From contig CBDBCS010000006.1 of the NCBI GenBank assembly GCA_965203415.1, positions 1,378,394 through 1,442,393 on the forward strand: 64,000 nucleotides of DNA, written 5' to 3'. The stretch comes from Alphaproteobacteria bacterium. GTDB lineage: Bacteria; Pseudomonadota; Alphaproteobacteria; CBDBCS01. The position numbers and the translations under genes are program-made. A model generated the notes under the pieces. The model was not told where the DNA came from, ran no database searches, and saw only the letters and a list, made by a program, of their open reading frames with translations. Shown here one piece after another: positions 29,941 to 38,706 of the stretch. Numbering within the stretch: the first letter of the stretch is position 1; the number at the start of each line of letters is the position of its first letter.

Positions 29941-31581
29941 ATGAACCGGATGAACACAAACAACAAAGCCCAAAGTCGTACGCATGGGCGTATGATGCAG
30001 CTTTACCGCATGGGTCGGATTTCGCGGCGGACCTTTATGGAGTACGCCATCGCTTCGGGCGTTGGTTTGACGGCCGGGCTTGCTTTTATGGGGCAGGTTG
30101 CGGCTCAGACGCCTCGGCGGGGCGGGCATTTGCGTTTTGGCCTCCAGAGCGGGAACAGCAGCGATTCCTATGACCCCGCGACGCTGAACAGTACGTTTAA
30201 CCAGCTTTTGGGCTACGGCTCGACGCGCAACGGCCTCACAGAGACGCGGCCCGATGAGTCGCTGGGGCCCGATCTCGCCGAAAGTTGGGAGTGGACAGAT
30301 GGCGGCCGGCGCTGGATTTTCAACCTCCGTCAGGGGGTGACGTTTCACAATGGCAAAACTCTGACCGCGGCGGACGTCGTCGCGAACATGCAGTATCACG
30401 CCGGTGACGATTCGGTTTCGGCGGCCAAACCGCTTTTCGCGTCCATGGTTTCGGTACGTGCCCTGACTCCTTCTCAAGTCGAAGTCGTTCTGAACGAACC
30501 GGATGTGGGTTTTCCTTCCTTGATGGCAGATTATCACCTTGGGATTGTGCCGTCCGATGGAGAGGGCAATGTAGACGCCATGTCGGGCATCGGAACAGGC
30601 CCCTATATCCCCGAGAATTTTGAGCCCGGGGTCCGAGCTTCCTTCAATCGCAACCCGAATTATTTCCGCACGGATGACCCGGGCTATCTCGATTCCTTTG
30701 AGATGATCCGCGTGCCCGATGCCAGTGCCCGAGCCAATGCGCTCCAGAATGGCGAGCTGGACGTTTTTGAGGCGGTCGACAAAAAAACAGCCAGCCGTCT
30801 CGCCGCTCGTCCGGGGCTTGCCCTCTATAATGTGGAGGGCAATCAGCACTATTCCTTCCCCATGCGGGTGAATGTGGAGCCCTTTGGTAACAATGATGTG
30901 CGCCTCGCCATTAAAGAGGCGGTGAATCGTGAGGTTCTTCTGGAAACGGTTCTCCAGGGCTTCGGGTATCTCGGGAATGATCATCCCATTGGCAAGGGCA
31001 ATCTCTATCTGGCCCAGGATTTGCCGCAGCGCACCTATGACCCAGAGCGAGCTCGTTCTCTCCTGAAGCGGGCCGGTCTTGATTCGCTCAAGATTCAGGT
31101 CCACACCGCCGAGGCCGCCTTTGCAGGCGCCATCGATTCGGCGGTGCTGATGCGCGAAGCCATGGCCCCGGCCGGTATCGATCTGGAGGTCGTCCAGGTC
31201 CCGAATGACGGCTATTGGGACAATATCTGGCGCGTCGAACCCTTTGCGGCCTGCTATTGGGCGGGGCGGCCCACCGAAGACCTGATGTTCTCGACGGGGT
31301 ATGCTTCGGGGGTGCCGTGGAATGACACGCTCTGGGAGCATACGCGTTTCAACACCCTCTTGAAACAGGGCAAGGCCGAGGCAGACGAAGCCCGCCGGGC
31401 CGCCATTTATGCAGAAATGCAACAGATCGTCCGGGACGAAGGCGCGACTCTCATTCCGTTTTTCGCTAATTACGTCGGGGCCTATCGTGAAGAGGTCGTT
31501 GGGATCCCCGAAGTCGTCGGGGGCAGCTATGATTGGGATGGACTGCGAGCCCCTTCGCGGTGGTGGCGGAAAACAGCTTGA
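29941..31581 (+). CDS. ABC transporter substrate-binding protein, family 5, Tat signal (paralog of 27740..29380)
   Basis: It has the same Tat leader and is collinear over its full length with the upstream SBP. Shared blocks include 'GIVPSDGEGNVDA', 'SGIGTGPYIPENFEPGVRAS' and 'AFAGAIDSAVLMREAMAPAGIDLE'. Confidence 0.85.
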   Translation: MNRMNTNNKAQSRTHGRMMQLYRMGRISRRTFMEYAIASGVGLTAGLAFMGQVAAQTPRRGGHLRFGLQSGNSSDSYDPATLNSTFNQLLGYGSTRNGLTETRPDESLGPDLAESWEWTDGGRRWIFNLRQGVTFHNGKTLTAADVVANMQYHAGDDSVSAAKPLFASMVSVRALTPSQVEVVLNEPDVGFPSLMADYHLGIVPSDGEGNVDAMSGIGTGPYIPENFEPGVRASFNRNPNYFRTDDPGYLDSFEMIRVPDASARANALQNGELDVFEAVDKKTASRLAARPGLALYNVEGNQHYSFPMRVNVEPFGNNDVRLAIKEAVNREVLLETVLQGFGYLGNDHPIGKGNLYLAQDLPQRTYDPERARSLLKRAGLDSLKIQVHTAEAAFAGAIDSAVLMREAMAPAGIDLEVVQVPNDGYWDNIWRVEPFAACYWAGRPTEDLMFSTGYASGVPWNDTLWEHTRFNTLLKQGKAEADEARRAAIYAEMQQIVRDEGATLIPFFANYVGAYREEVVGIPEVVGGSYDWDGLRAPSRWWRKTA

Positions 31582-32092
31582 GGGCCGGGCTACCGGCTGC
31601 GGCGGCCTTCTCTCTGATTAGGGCGCGAGACCCACGGGAGGCCCACGGGACCGTTCGCAGCCAAGCGTGAAGCCGAGGGCTGGCTGGAGGGTGCGGGAGT
31701 GCCGAGAGAAAACTTCCCCCGGGGCCGGGGGAAGCTTGTGGGAACACCGAGAACGTAAAACACCGTGAGGGCGGGGCTCTCCCGAGAGGGCAGCGTGCCG
31801 AGTCGGGCTATCTGCGACGTTTTGTTTTGTCGCCAGATTTCTGCTCGGAGGCGGCTTGAGTAAGGTCTGCTTGTTTGCTTTGCGGTCCTGCAGCCTGCGG
31901 TCCTGCAGATGGATGTGCTCTTGCTGAGTCGGGTGGTGGCAGCAACCGGGTCGCCTCGCCTCCGCCGCCGCGAGGGGAGGGGGGCTTTCGGTCGTTGTGG
32001 TGCCCCTGTCTCCTTGAATGTTTAGACCGCGGGCAAGCTTCCGAGTCGAAGGCTCTGGGCTCGTGTGGTGGCCTCCGCCTGTTTTTCTTATT

Positions 32093-32653
32093 TTATGACG
32101 TTTGTTGGTCGTCTTGTGCCGGGTCCTCCTCCTCCCGGAGGTGCCGTCGAATAAAACCAAGCTGGCTGAAAGCAAACAGGAGCGTCAGGCCGATCGCGCC
32201 AAAGAGCTTGAAACTCACCCAAAAATCGGTTGTCTGCGTGCGCCAGACGATCTCATTCAGGCCGGCCATCCCCACGAAGAACAGAGCGAAGCGTTTGGTA
32301 AGCTGACGGCGCCCTTTCTCGGTGAGTCGAAGCGGGCTCCCTAACACGTACCGTCCCCACGTTTTATTGGTCGTGAGACTCGCCATCAAGGCCCCCGCAA
32401 GGCATAATTGGACAATGGTCGGCTTCATTTTAACAAAGCGTTCGTCCTGAAACAGGAAGGTGAGACCTCCAAAAAGCACCACAAGGCCCGCTGTGATAAG
32501 AAGCCTCAGAGGCATTTTCTTATTTTTGACCCACAAAATCGGCACAAAGACCAGCGTGCTCGCCATCAAAACGCCTGTTGCGACCCAGATGTCAAAGACG
32601 AAATAAGCGGCGAAAAATAATATAAGAGGTAGAAATTCAGCAAAGTTTTGCAC
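32093..32653 (-). CDS. yciB: Intracellular septation protein A (YciB/IspZ family)
   Basis: 186-aa membrane protein with five TM segments, starting 'FAEFLPLILFFAAYFVFDIWVATGVLMASTL...'. Confidence 0.8.
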   Translation of the reverse strand: MQNFAEFLPLILFFAAYFVFDIWVATGVLMASTLVFVPILWVKNKKMPLRLLITAGLVVLFGGLTFLFQDERFVKMKPTIVQLCLAGALMASLTTNKTWGRYVLGSPLRLTEKGRRQLTKRFALFFVGMAGLNEIVWRTQTTDFWVSFKLFGAIGLTLLFAFSQLGFIRRHLREEEDPAQDDQQTS

Positions 32654-32941
32654 GACGGCTCTCCTTGTGTCGGTTGGTTAAGTTTGTGTTACGCGAGGGC
32701 TCTATCGGTATCTATGGGCGAGGCGAGCCCGACTTTGTGCCCCGACTATAGACCGCACCGCGTGCCCCGGGACTACCTCGGGTCCAGTTTCGCAGCATAC
32801 ACTAAATCTAGCCGCGAGTCGTTGCCTTGTGCTGCTCCTATTCCTGGGCCTGTTCCTCGGGAGAGACGTTTCTCGGGAAAAGGTTCGTGTTTTCGGAATC
32901 TAGAGGCTGCTCGGCGCGGCCCACCCGGCCGGCAGCGAGGC

Positions 32942-34135
32942 CTACCGCCCCGGTGCGCTCGCGGCGAGCTTCCGGAGGCCATCGCCTTCCAACAGCCGCG
33001 AGAGGGCTTCGCTTGCCATCCTGCGCCAGAGCATGCTTTTGCTGGTGTCTCCGTCATTCCCCTGGCCGCCGAAGGTTGTTTTCTGCACGGTTTCTGCGGC
33101 AAGGAGCCGTCTTCCAGGCGATGCCTCTGCCCTCAGAGAAAATTCAAGCTTGCGAACGGAAACATTGTAGGATTTCTGACTAGACTCGGCCGTTTCATAA
33201 GAAAGAACGAGCGCAGCTTGTGGGTCGATTTGAATGCCGAATTCGAGCAATTGGTTCTCTAAAAAGGGCACCAGGGCCGTGTGTGTACGCTGTGACATCC
33301 GTTGGCCGGGGACGACTCGCATGGTGACGGCGGCCGACGCTGGGACTTCCGCGATGAGAGAAAGCTCCTGTCGGGTTTCGCGCTGCGAGCGAATCCTGAG
33401 CCGTCCTGTTTCGGCTCGGAAGCCTGGGGCCTCGATGCGAAAGAGATGCGTCCCCGGGGTCAGGAAAATCTTTTCATTCGGCCGATAGAGCGTTTCATCT
33501 ACATAGATGGCGAAGGAATCGTCGAACGGAATCGAGGACGGCGGAATGAAGCGGACCCAGCCGAGGGCTCCGAGCCTCTTTTTTAGGGCTTGTCGAGTCG
33601 CCAGCGCCTCCTCCTGGATGCGCCGATAGCCCGAGATTTCCTCTGGGGCGAAGCCCAGAGCTAAAAGCGCCAAAAGCTGTTCTACGCGGATGAGGGCTTT
33701 GTTTTGCTCTGTTTTTTTCAGAGCGTCCACATCGGGCGGGAGCTCTTGAGCCAAGGCTTCCACGGTAGCTCGGTACGCTCGGTCGGTCAGTCGAGCCGTT
33801 GCTTTCCACAGGCCGTCTCGGTCTTTTCTGTCGGACAATTCGGGCTGGACTTCGCGCAGTTCGATTTGGCTTTCGATCTGGATGTCTACAGAGTCCCTGC
33901 GGTCCAATACTTGGTTCTCCACGACCGTCAAAGAGCGCGTTTCACTCTTGACGGTGGCGAAGATAATGTTCGAGAGATTCGACATGGCGATGGCTCGGGC
34001 GCGTTGCGGGTCTTCGCTCTCGCCTTCGGCGACGAGCAGGTCTCGGGCGTGCCCGCTCTGAGCGAGGCTCGTCGCCAGGACGAAAAAAAAGAACAGAAAG
34101 ACCACGAGTCCACGCCGCCAGGGAAGTGTAAACAT
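32942..34135 (-). CDS. Secreted protein with an LPP20-like N-terminal domain and a PEGA-like domain
   Basis: Signal peptide 'MFTLPWRRGLVVFLFFFFVLATSLAQS'. An LPP20-like segment follows ('EDPQRARAIAMSNLSNIIFATVKSETRSLTVVENQVLD...'), then a PEGA-like segment ('IFLTPGTHLFRIEAPGFRAETGRLRI'). Family assignment is by eye only. Confidence 0.45.
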   Translation of the reverse strand: MFTLPWRRGLVVFLFFFFVLATSLAQSGHARDLLVAEGESEDPQRARAIAMSNLSNIIFATVKSETRSLTVVENQVLDRRDSVDIQIESQIELREVQPELSDRKDRDGLWKATARLTDRAYRATVEALAQELPPDVDALKKTEQNKALIRVEQLLALLALGFAPEEISGYRRIQEEALATRQALKKRLGALGWVRFIPPSSIPFDDSFAIYVDETLYRPNEKIFLTPGTHLFRIEAPGFRAETGRLRIRSQRETRQELSLIAEVPASAAVTMRVVPGQRMSQRTHTALVPFLENQLLEFGIQIDPQAALVLSYETAESSQKSYNVSVRKLEFSLRAEASPGRRLLAAETVQKTTFGGQGNDGDTSKSMLWRRMASEALSRLLEGDGLRKLAASAPGR

Positions 34136-34360
34136 GTGCCGCCCTCCCGAGCCGCTTCGAGGCCCCATCTCACGAGATAAATACGCTTCGTTACCCATGG
34201 CTCTTCCTGCCTTAAGTTATCCAACAAAATGAGCTCGAAGGCAAGCCCTATGTTCTATGTAAGCTCTGTCGTTCAGACACAACGCGCCACGCCCGCCGCT
34301 CTTGGGTCCGGCCCCCAGAGCAGCCCCAGCACCCGCTCCAAGGGGGGCCGCAGGAGGACC

Positions 34361-35515
34361 TTACTTCCGGACGCGGGCTGCGCCGACAAACGTCTCAAAG
34401 CCGGTTTCGATCTCGATTAAGGCCAAGACGATCCTGTAGTTCGTTTGCTGGTTGCCACTGATGTTGGCGACCGTGCCGTAGAGAACATATTGAGCCCCCA
34501 CCAAACGCCCGATCTCGACCGCCGTCTCAGAGTCCGCCAGACCGCTTTGAGCCAGTTGGACTTCTTTCATGATGGTCTCTAGGTTCCGGTTGACGACTCT
34601 AAAGAAGCGCAACTCGCTTAGGCGAATCCGGACCGACTCATTGATGAGTTGCGTGTCAATGTTTTCCCCCAAGCGACTCTCGATGGGAACGATCACCAAC
34701 GTCGGTCTGGTCGTCTCGCCGAGCTCCTCTTTCATAGCCGCCACCATCTTGTCGACGATAGTCTCGAAAGCCTGGACGTCGAAGCTCGCGGCGACCGTTT
34801 CCTGCCGAGGGGCCGAAGTCGCGGAGGCTGCCGGCTGAGGGGCCGGCGTTGCGGGGGCGGCCGCGGCCGTATTGTTTTCGCGAAGACAAGCTTTGAATGC
34901 GTTGACTACTCGACGTTCTTCGTCGCTGCCACTGGAGGTCTCCCAGTATTTGCGGAAGTCCGAGAGACACGCCCCCGTTTGGCGGATTTGCTCGGCCCGA
35001 TTTTCGCCGCCCAGAACACAAGCGGAGAATAATCCGAAGTATCGGGTTCGTTCGTCCGAGCCCCCGGGGGCATTCAAGTGTTTGCGGTAGTCCGAGAGAC
35101 ACGCCCCCGTTTGGCGGATTTCCTCGGCCCGATTGACGCCGCCCCAAACACAAGCGCGCCATAATCCGAAGTATCGGATTTTTTCGTCCGAGTCCGAGGG
35201 GGCCTTCCAGCCTCTGCGGTAGTCCGAGAGACACGCCCCCGTTTGGCGGATTTCCTCGGCCCGATTGACGCCGCCCACAACACAAGCGTAGAATAATCCG
35301 TAGTATCGGGTTTCTTCGTCCGAGCCCGAGGGGGCCGCATCCCCTCTGTCGTCGTACGACTTACACGCATTCTGAGCATGCGCCCTCTCGACGCTCAGCG
35401 TGACGCCGACGAGAGCCGTCGCGAGAACGGCTGCCCAAAAACGGACACGCCGGCTCGCCAAAAGAGCACCGCCGCGTGCCACCAATTCAGACAATCCGGT
35501 GTTTGTTTTTCCCAT
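34361..35515 (-). CDS. LpoB/FlgO-fold secreted protein, array member 1 (about 3.5 two-Cys repeats)
   Basis: 384 aa. Leader 'MGKTNTGLSELVARGGALLASRRVRFWAAVLATALVGVTLSVERAHA'. The repeats have the form '...RYFGL..AC..GG.NRAEEIRQTGACLSDYR...'. The C-terminal domain is 'PTLVIVPIESRLGENIDTQLINESVRIRL...GAQYVLYGTVA...LALIEIETG'. Confidence 0.8.
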   Translation of the reverse strand: MGKTNTGLSELVARGGALLASRRVRFWAAVLATALVGVTLSVERAHAQNACKSYDDRGDAAPSGSDEETRYYGLFYACVVGGVNRAEEIRQTGACLSDYRRGWKAPSDSDEKIRYFGLWRACVWGGVNRAEEIRQTGACLSDYRKHLNAPGGSDERTRYFGLFSACVLGGENRAEQIRQTGACLSDFRKYWETSSGSDEERRVVNAFKACLRENNTAAAAPATPAPQPAASATSAPRQETVAASFDVQAFETIVDKMVAAMKEELGETTRPTLVIVPIESRLGENIDTQLINESVRIRLSELRFFRVVNRNLETIMKEVQLAQSGLADSETAVEIGRLVGAQYVLYGTVANISGNQQTNYRIVLALIEIETGFETFVGAARVRK

Positions 35516-35689
35516 TTAGGCCTCCTTCGAGCCACGCCCCCCGCCAGAGGAAAGCACACAAAAACTGGAGCCCGCCTACACCCCGCGGCCAACCTCGGGC
35601 CGGGCCGAGACAACCCGGGGCCGAGCCGCCCCCCGGCGCCTCGCCACAGAGAGCCCCCCGGCGGAGGCCTATCGGCTCCTTTCGTCCGT

Positions 35690-35717
35690 ATCCTAGCACC
35701 AATTTTTGATTTTGCAA
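35690..35717 (-). promoter_or_regulatory. Sigma70-like promoter upstream of array member 1 (TTGCAA-16-TAGGAT)
   Basis: The minus strand reads cTTGCAAaatcaaaaattggtgcTAGGATa. Near-identical copies lie at 41343-41370 and 43863-43890. It sits about 165 nt upstream of the start codon. Confidence 0.45.
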
Positions 35718-35873
35718 GCACCTCCGCCCGCCGCCTCCGTGGAGCGGGGGCTGGTGCCGGTCATGTCAGAGAAGGGCCGCCCCCTCGCCCCCTGTCCGTA
35801 AAGAGCCTCCGGTCCGCAGAGAAAGCTCTCTCGAGGGAAAAGGCTCGCCCCCAGAGAAACCTTGGCCTAAGGG

Positions 35874-36467
35874 TTAGGGGAAGGGGAGATAAGTTTGAGG
35901 AGATACAAAAATACTAGGACGGAGGTAAGCAGTGCTTACTATTTTGAAGCTGAATATGTAGCCAACTTGCTCGTGATCTTCGATGAAATCGTCCATATAG
36001 GCCTCGAATGCATATTTTGCACCATGTTCTTTCTCCTGGAGGGTGAACAGGCCCTTTGAATACAGGTTAGCTCGAATCAAACCAATGATAGGGTCCTTCT
36101 CCTCACCCATAAATGCTTCTCCATCTGTCCTGTCTTTGAGTTCAATCCATAAAGGTGCTTTTTTGTCACCGAGCTTCTCTGTGAATTGTTCGTTGTCAGC
36201 CATTTCTTTAATCAAATTTTTGATGATAATCTCGATCAGCTGGTCGTCGACTCTCCTCACCTTAATTTCGGGCTGCCTATCAATGGAGTCTCCATCAGTC
36301 ATACTTATGATGCGAGTACATATTCCGACGATTTCCCTGCCGACGAAATCACAACCGCTCAGAGTTGTCGCAAGGAGCAAGGCTCCCAAAAAACAGGCAG
36401 AAGGCCTCGCAAAAAGAGCGAACACAGGTGCAAAAAATTCAGACAATTCAACATATTTTTTTCTCAC
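35874..36467 (-). CDS. Divergent short array member 2 (lipoprotein, low GC)
   Basis: 197 aa with a GTG start. The family leader plus lipobox 'MRKKYVELSEFFAPVFALFARPSACFLGALLLATTLSGC' is present. The remainder only loosely follows the family C-terminal pattern. GC is visibly lower than in the flanks. Confidence 0.6.
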   Translation of the reverse strand: MRKKYVELSEFFAPVFALFARPSACFLGALLLATTLSGCDFVGREIVGICTRIISMTDGDSIDRQPEIKVRRVDDQLIEIIIKNLIKEMADNEQFTEKLGDKKAPLWIELKDRTDGEAFMGEEKDPIIGLIRANLYSKGLFTLQEKEHGAKYAFEAYMDDFIEDHEQVGYIFSFKIVSTAYLRPSIFVSPQTYLPFP

Positions 36468-36593
36468 TCTTCTCTCCCTATCTCTAAGTTATTCAAGCTG
36501 CGCATGAGGCAATCCCTATCGTTCGACACGCCCGACACGCCACGACCTTCGCCCCCGGCCGCCATGTCGTCAGAGAAGGACCGCCCCCCTCGC

Positions 36594-37634
36594 TCACCGG
36601 CCGTTAAGCGGCTCCAGTCCGTGCTGGAAAAGGCTCCCTCCCCCGAGAATCTGCCTGGCTTCACCGGTACCGGTCCAAACATCAAGACCGGACCGAGTGT
36701 TGGTTACGGTCAAGGTGAGTGTGTGGACAATATCATCACCTTCGTCACTTTTTTTAGCGGCTATGGATCCGTTGAGCACATATTGAACTCCGGCCAATTG
36801 CCCGAGCCGGGTGACATTATGGGAGTCTGCCAGAAGATCAACGCTTGGTATCGGGTATTGTTCTTGAAGCAGGGTCTTCTCCGCCAGAGGATTCCAGTTC
36901 ACAAGGGTGAACTGGTTCGCTTCATACAGGCGAACTTGAAGCGTATCATTGACAATTGGCGTGTCAATGTTTGCATTCGACCGATTTGTGATGGGAGTGA
37001 CCAGTAAAGTCGGTTCGGGTCCGGTAGCGCGGAGTTCCTCTCGTAGAAAGAGGTCGGCGCCCATTTGTGCGATCACGTCGTCGGCAAGATTCCCGAAAGC
37101 CTGGATATCGAGGCTTGTTGCTACGGAAAGCTCACTTTCCTTAGGCTCAAGTGCCTCACGTACCTTACGTAGCTGTTCCGCTTTTTCCTCTCCCTCATTT
37201 TCCGCAATTGTTTCAATACCACCTAAATTCACCCCACTCCAAAACCCCGAGCGACAACGCGACTTTTGGTCTCTTTCTAATTCGCTTCTGCCGCAGGTCT
37301 CTAGGTAGAAGTCAAGAACCTCAAGTTCCGCTTTTTGCTCACTCTCACGTACCTTACGTACCCGTTTCACGTCTCCTTCAGTTTTTTCCGCAAGTTCTTC
37401 AATTTCCTCCCATTCCTGAGTGGAACAAACAACACGTTCGTCGCAGCGGACGATTTTTTCTTCCAATTCATCAGAGCGGGCGATTATTTCCTGGGAGTAG
37501 CCGTAGCCCGGGAAGAGAAAGCTGCTCAGAGTCATCGCAACGAGCACGACTCCCAGAAAACAGGCAGAAGGCCTCGCAAAAAGAGCGAGAAGAGGTGCAA
37601 AAAATTCAGACAATTCAACGTATGTGTTTCTCAT
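36594..37634 (-). CDS. LpoB/FlgO-fold array member 3 (class II central cassette)
   Basis: 346 aa from 'MRNTYVELSEFFAPLLALFARPSACFLGVVLVAMTLSS'. The central cassette is acidic and Cys-containing. The C-terminal domain is 'PTLLVTPITNRSNANIDTPIVNDTLQVRL...GVQYVLNGSIA'. Confidence 0.75.
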   Translation of the reverse strand: MRNTYVELSEFFAPLLALFARPSACFLGVVLVAMTLSSFLFPGYGYSQEIIARSDELEEKIVRCDERVVCSTQEWEEIEELAEKTEGDVKRVRKVRESEQKAELEVLDFYLETCGRSELERDQKSRCRSGFWSGVNLGGIETIAENEGEEKAEQLRKVREALEPKESELSVATSLDIQAFGNLADDVIAQMGADLFLREELRATGPEPTLLVTPITNRSNANIDTPIVNDTLQVRLYEANQFTLVNWNPLAEKTLLQEQYPIPSVDLLADSHNVTRLGQLAGVQYVLNGSIAAKKSDEGDDIVHTLTLTVTNTRSGLDVWTGTGEARQILGGGSLFQHGLEPLNGR

Positions 37635-37759
37635 TTGGTCCTCCGTTTGGCTAAAGGTTAATCTTATCACAAAACGGCCCTCCCGGGCAACCCGGGTCAC
37701 CTTACCAAAGAGAAAATTCAACTACAAGTTAAATTTTCTGTTTTTTTCTATTTATTTTT

Positions 37760-38664
37760 CTATTTTTGAGTTATTGCCGCAGGAGGCCCCGCCCGCGAGG
37801 CCGTCTTATGGACTTCGGCCTCATCTACCCAAGCGTCAAGTCCCGTTTCAATCTCGGTCAAGACCAGGGTGAGCGTGTAGACAATTTGCACTTCGCTCTC
37901 TTGGCGCGTGCGTATCGCCGCGATAGACCCGTGCAGGACATATTGAGCCCCAAGCATTTGTCCGACCTCGGCGGCCGTATCAGAGTCCGCCAGACCGCTT
38001 TGTTCCAATTGTTGCTCTTGCAGCAGAGTCTCTAGTTGGCCTCGACTCACGGGGGCAAAAAGGCGAGCTTTACTCAGGCGGACTCGGAGCGCATTGTGGA
38101 TGAGGTGCACGTCCACGTTCGCATCCGACCCATGCCTCAGGTGGTGTCGTTGCTCTCAGGGGTTGCCTCACGTTCAAGGGCCTCACGTATCGCACGTAGC
38201 TCACGGAGCTGTTCCGCGGTTCCCTCCTTTTCCGCAATGGCTTCAAGATAATCAAAACCCCAAACGCCCCCCGAGCGACAATGCCACGTTCGGTTGCCAT
38301 CCGCACAGAGATCTAAATAGACGCCAAGAATCGCACGGTCCATCGTTTCTCTCTTGCTGCGTCCATAGTCGCGTATCCTACGTACCCGCTCCACATCTTG
38401 CCCTGTTCTTTCCGCATAGTCTTCAATCTTCTCCCATTGGGCAGCGGAACAAATAGACACCCAGGAGCCGCCGTTGCGGCCGTTGGGGTTGAGCAATAAA
38501 GCCTCGCATCTGTTCAAGGCGTTTTCCAATTCACGTTGCTCCACGGAGACACTACAACCGCTCAGAGTCGCCGCAACGAGGACGACTCCGAGAAGATAGG
38601 CGGATACTCTAACGGGTCGGCCGGCGTATCGACCCGTGTATCGGCCAGAGTCTGTTTTTCTCAT
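37760..38664 (-). pseudogene. Array member 4, disrupted by an internal deletion and frameshift
   Basis: The N-terminal ORF (38137-38664; leader with lipobox 'ATLSGC' and a class II cassette) stops at TGA. The C-terminal domain resumes in another frame at '..GSDANVDVHLIHNALRVRL...GAQYVLHGSIA'. About 50 codons corresponding to the 'FG..AF...PTLL..PI.N' segment are missing. Confidence 0.7.
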
Positions 38665-38706
38665 TTGAGCCTCCTTCGAGTCACCATACCGCCACACCCA
38701 CGCCCG

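Larger units (their letters stand above)
27262..31581 (+). repeat. Two tandem copies of a ~2.19 kb segmental duplication (clpA 3' end + intergenic region + SBP gene)
   Basis: 27262-27560 aligns by eye with 29446-29760, including the clpA stop and the 'cattcagc.agattcgtcgaaataaa.cctaaaaa.ccctaaaatag' block. The two SBP genes are collinear paralogs. Confidence 0.85.

Noticed and set aside
27566-31422. Long minus-strand ORFs 27566..29716 (716 aa) and 29923..31422 (499 aa).
   Set aside because: They are antisense shadows of the two well-supported plus-strand SBP genes. Their composition is Arg/Gly/Pro-rich and no motifs are recognisable.
31582-32092. ORFs 31618..32175 (-) and 31875..32306 (+) between the second SBP and yciB, and the perfect palindrome cttcccccgg-gg-ccgggggaag at about 31718-31739.
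   Set aside because: The ORF translations are low-complexity and one runs into yciB. The hairpin lacks a T-run and lies about 140 nt past the SBP stop, so I did not call it a terminator.
34656-35379. Alternative-frame ORFs inside array members (for example 34656..35285, 39567..40169, 41921..42352, 43044..43514) with their own internal repeats.
   Set aside because: They are frame-shifted readings of the same DNA repeats. The frames encoding the conserved leader and the LpoB-like domain are continuous and clearly the real ones.
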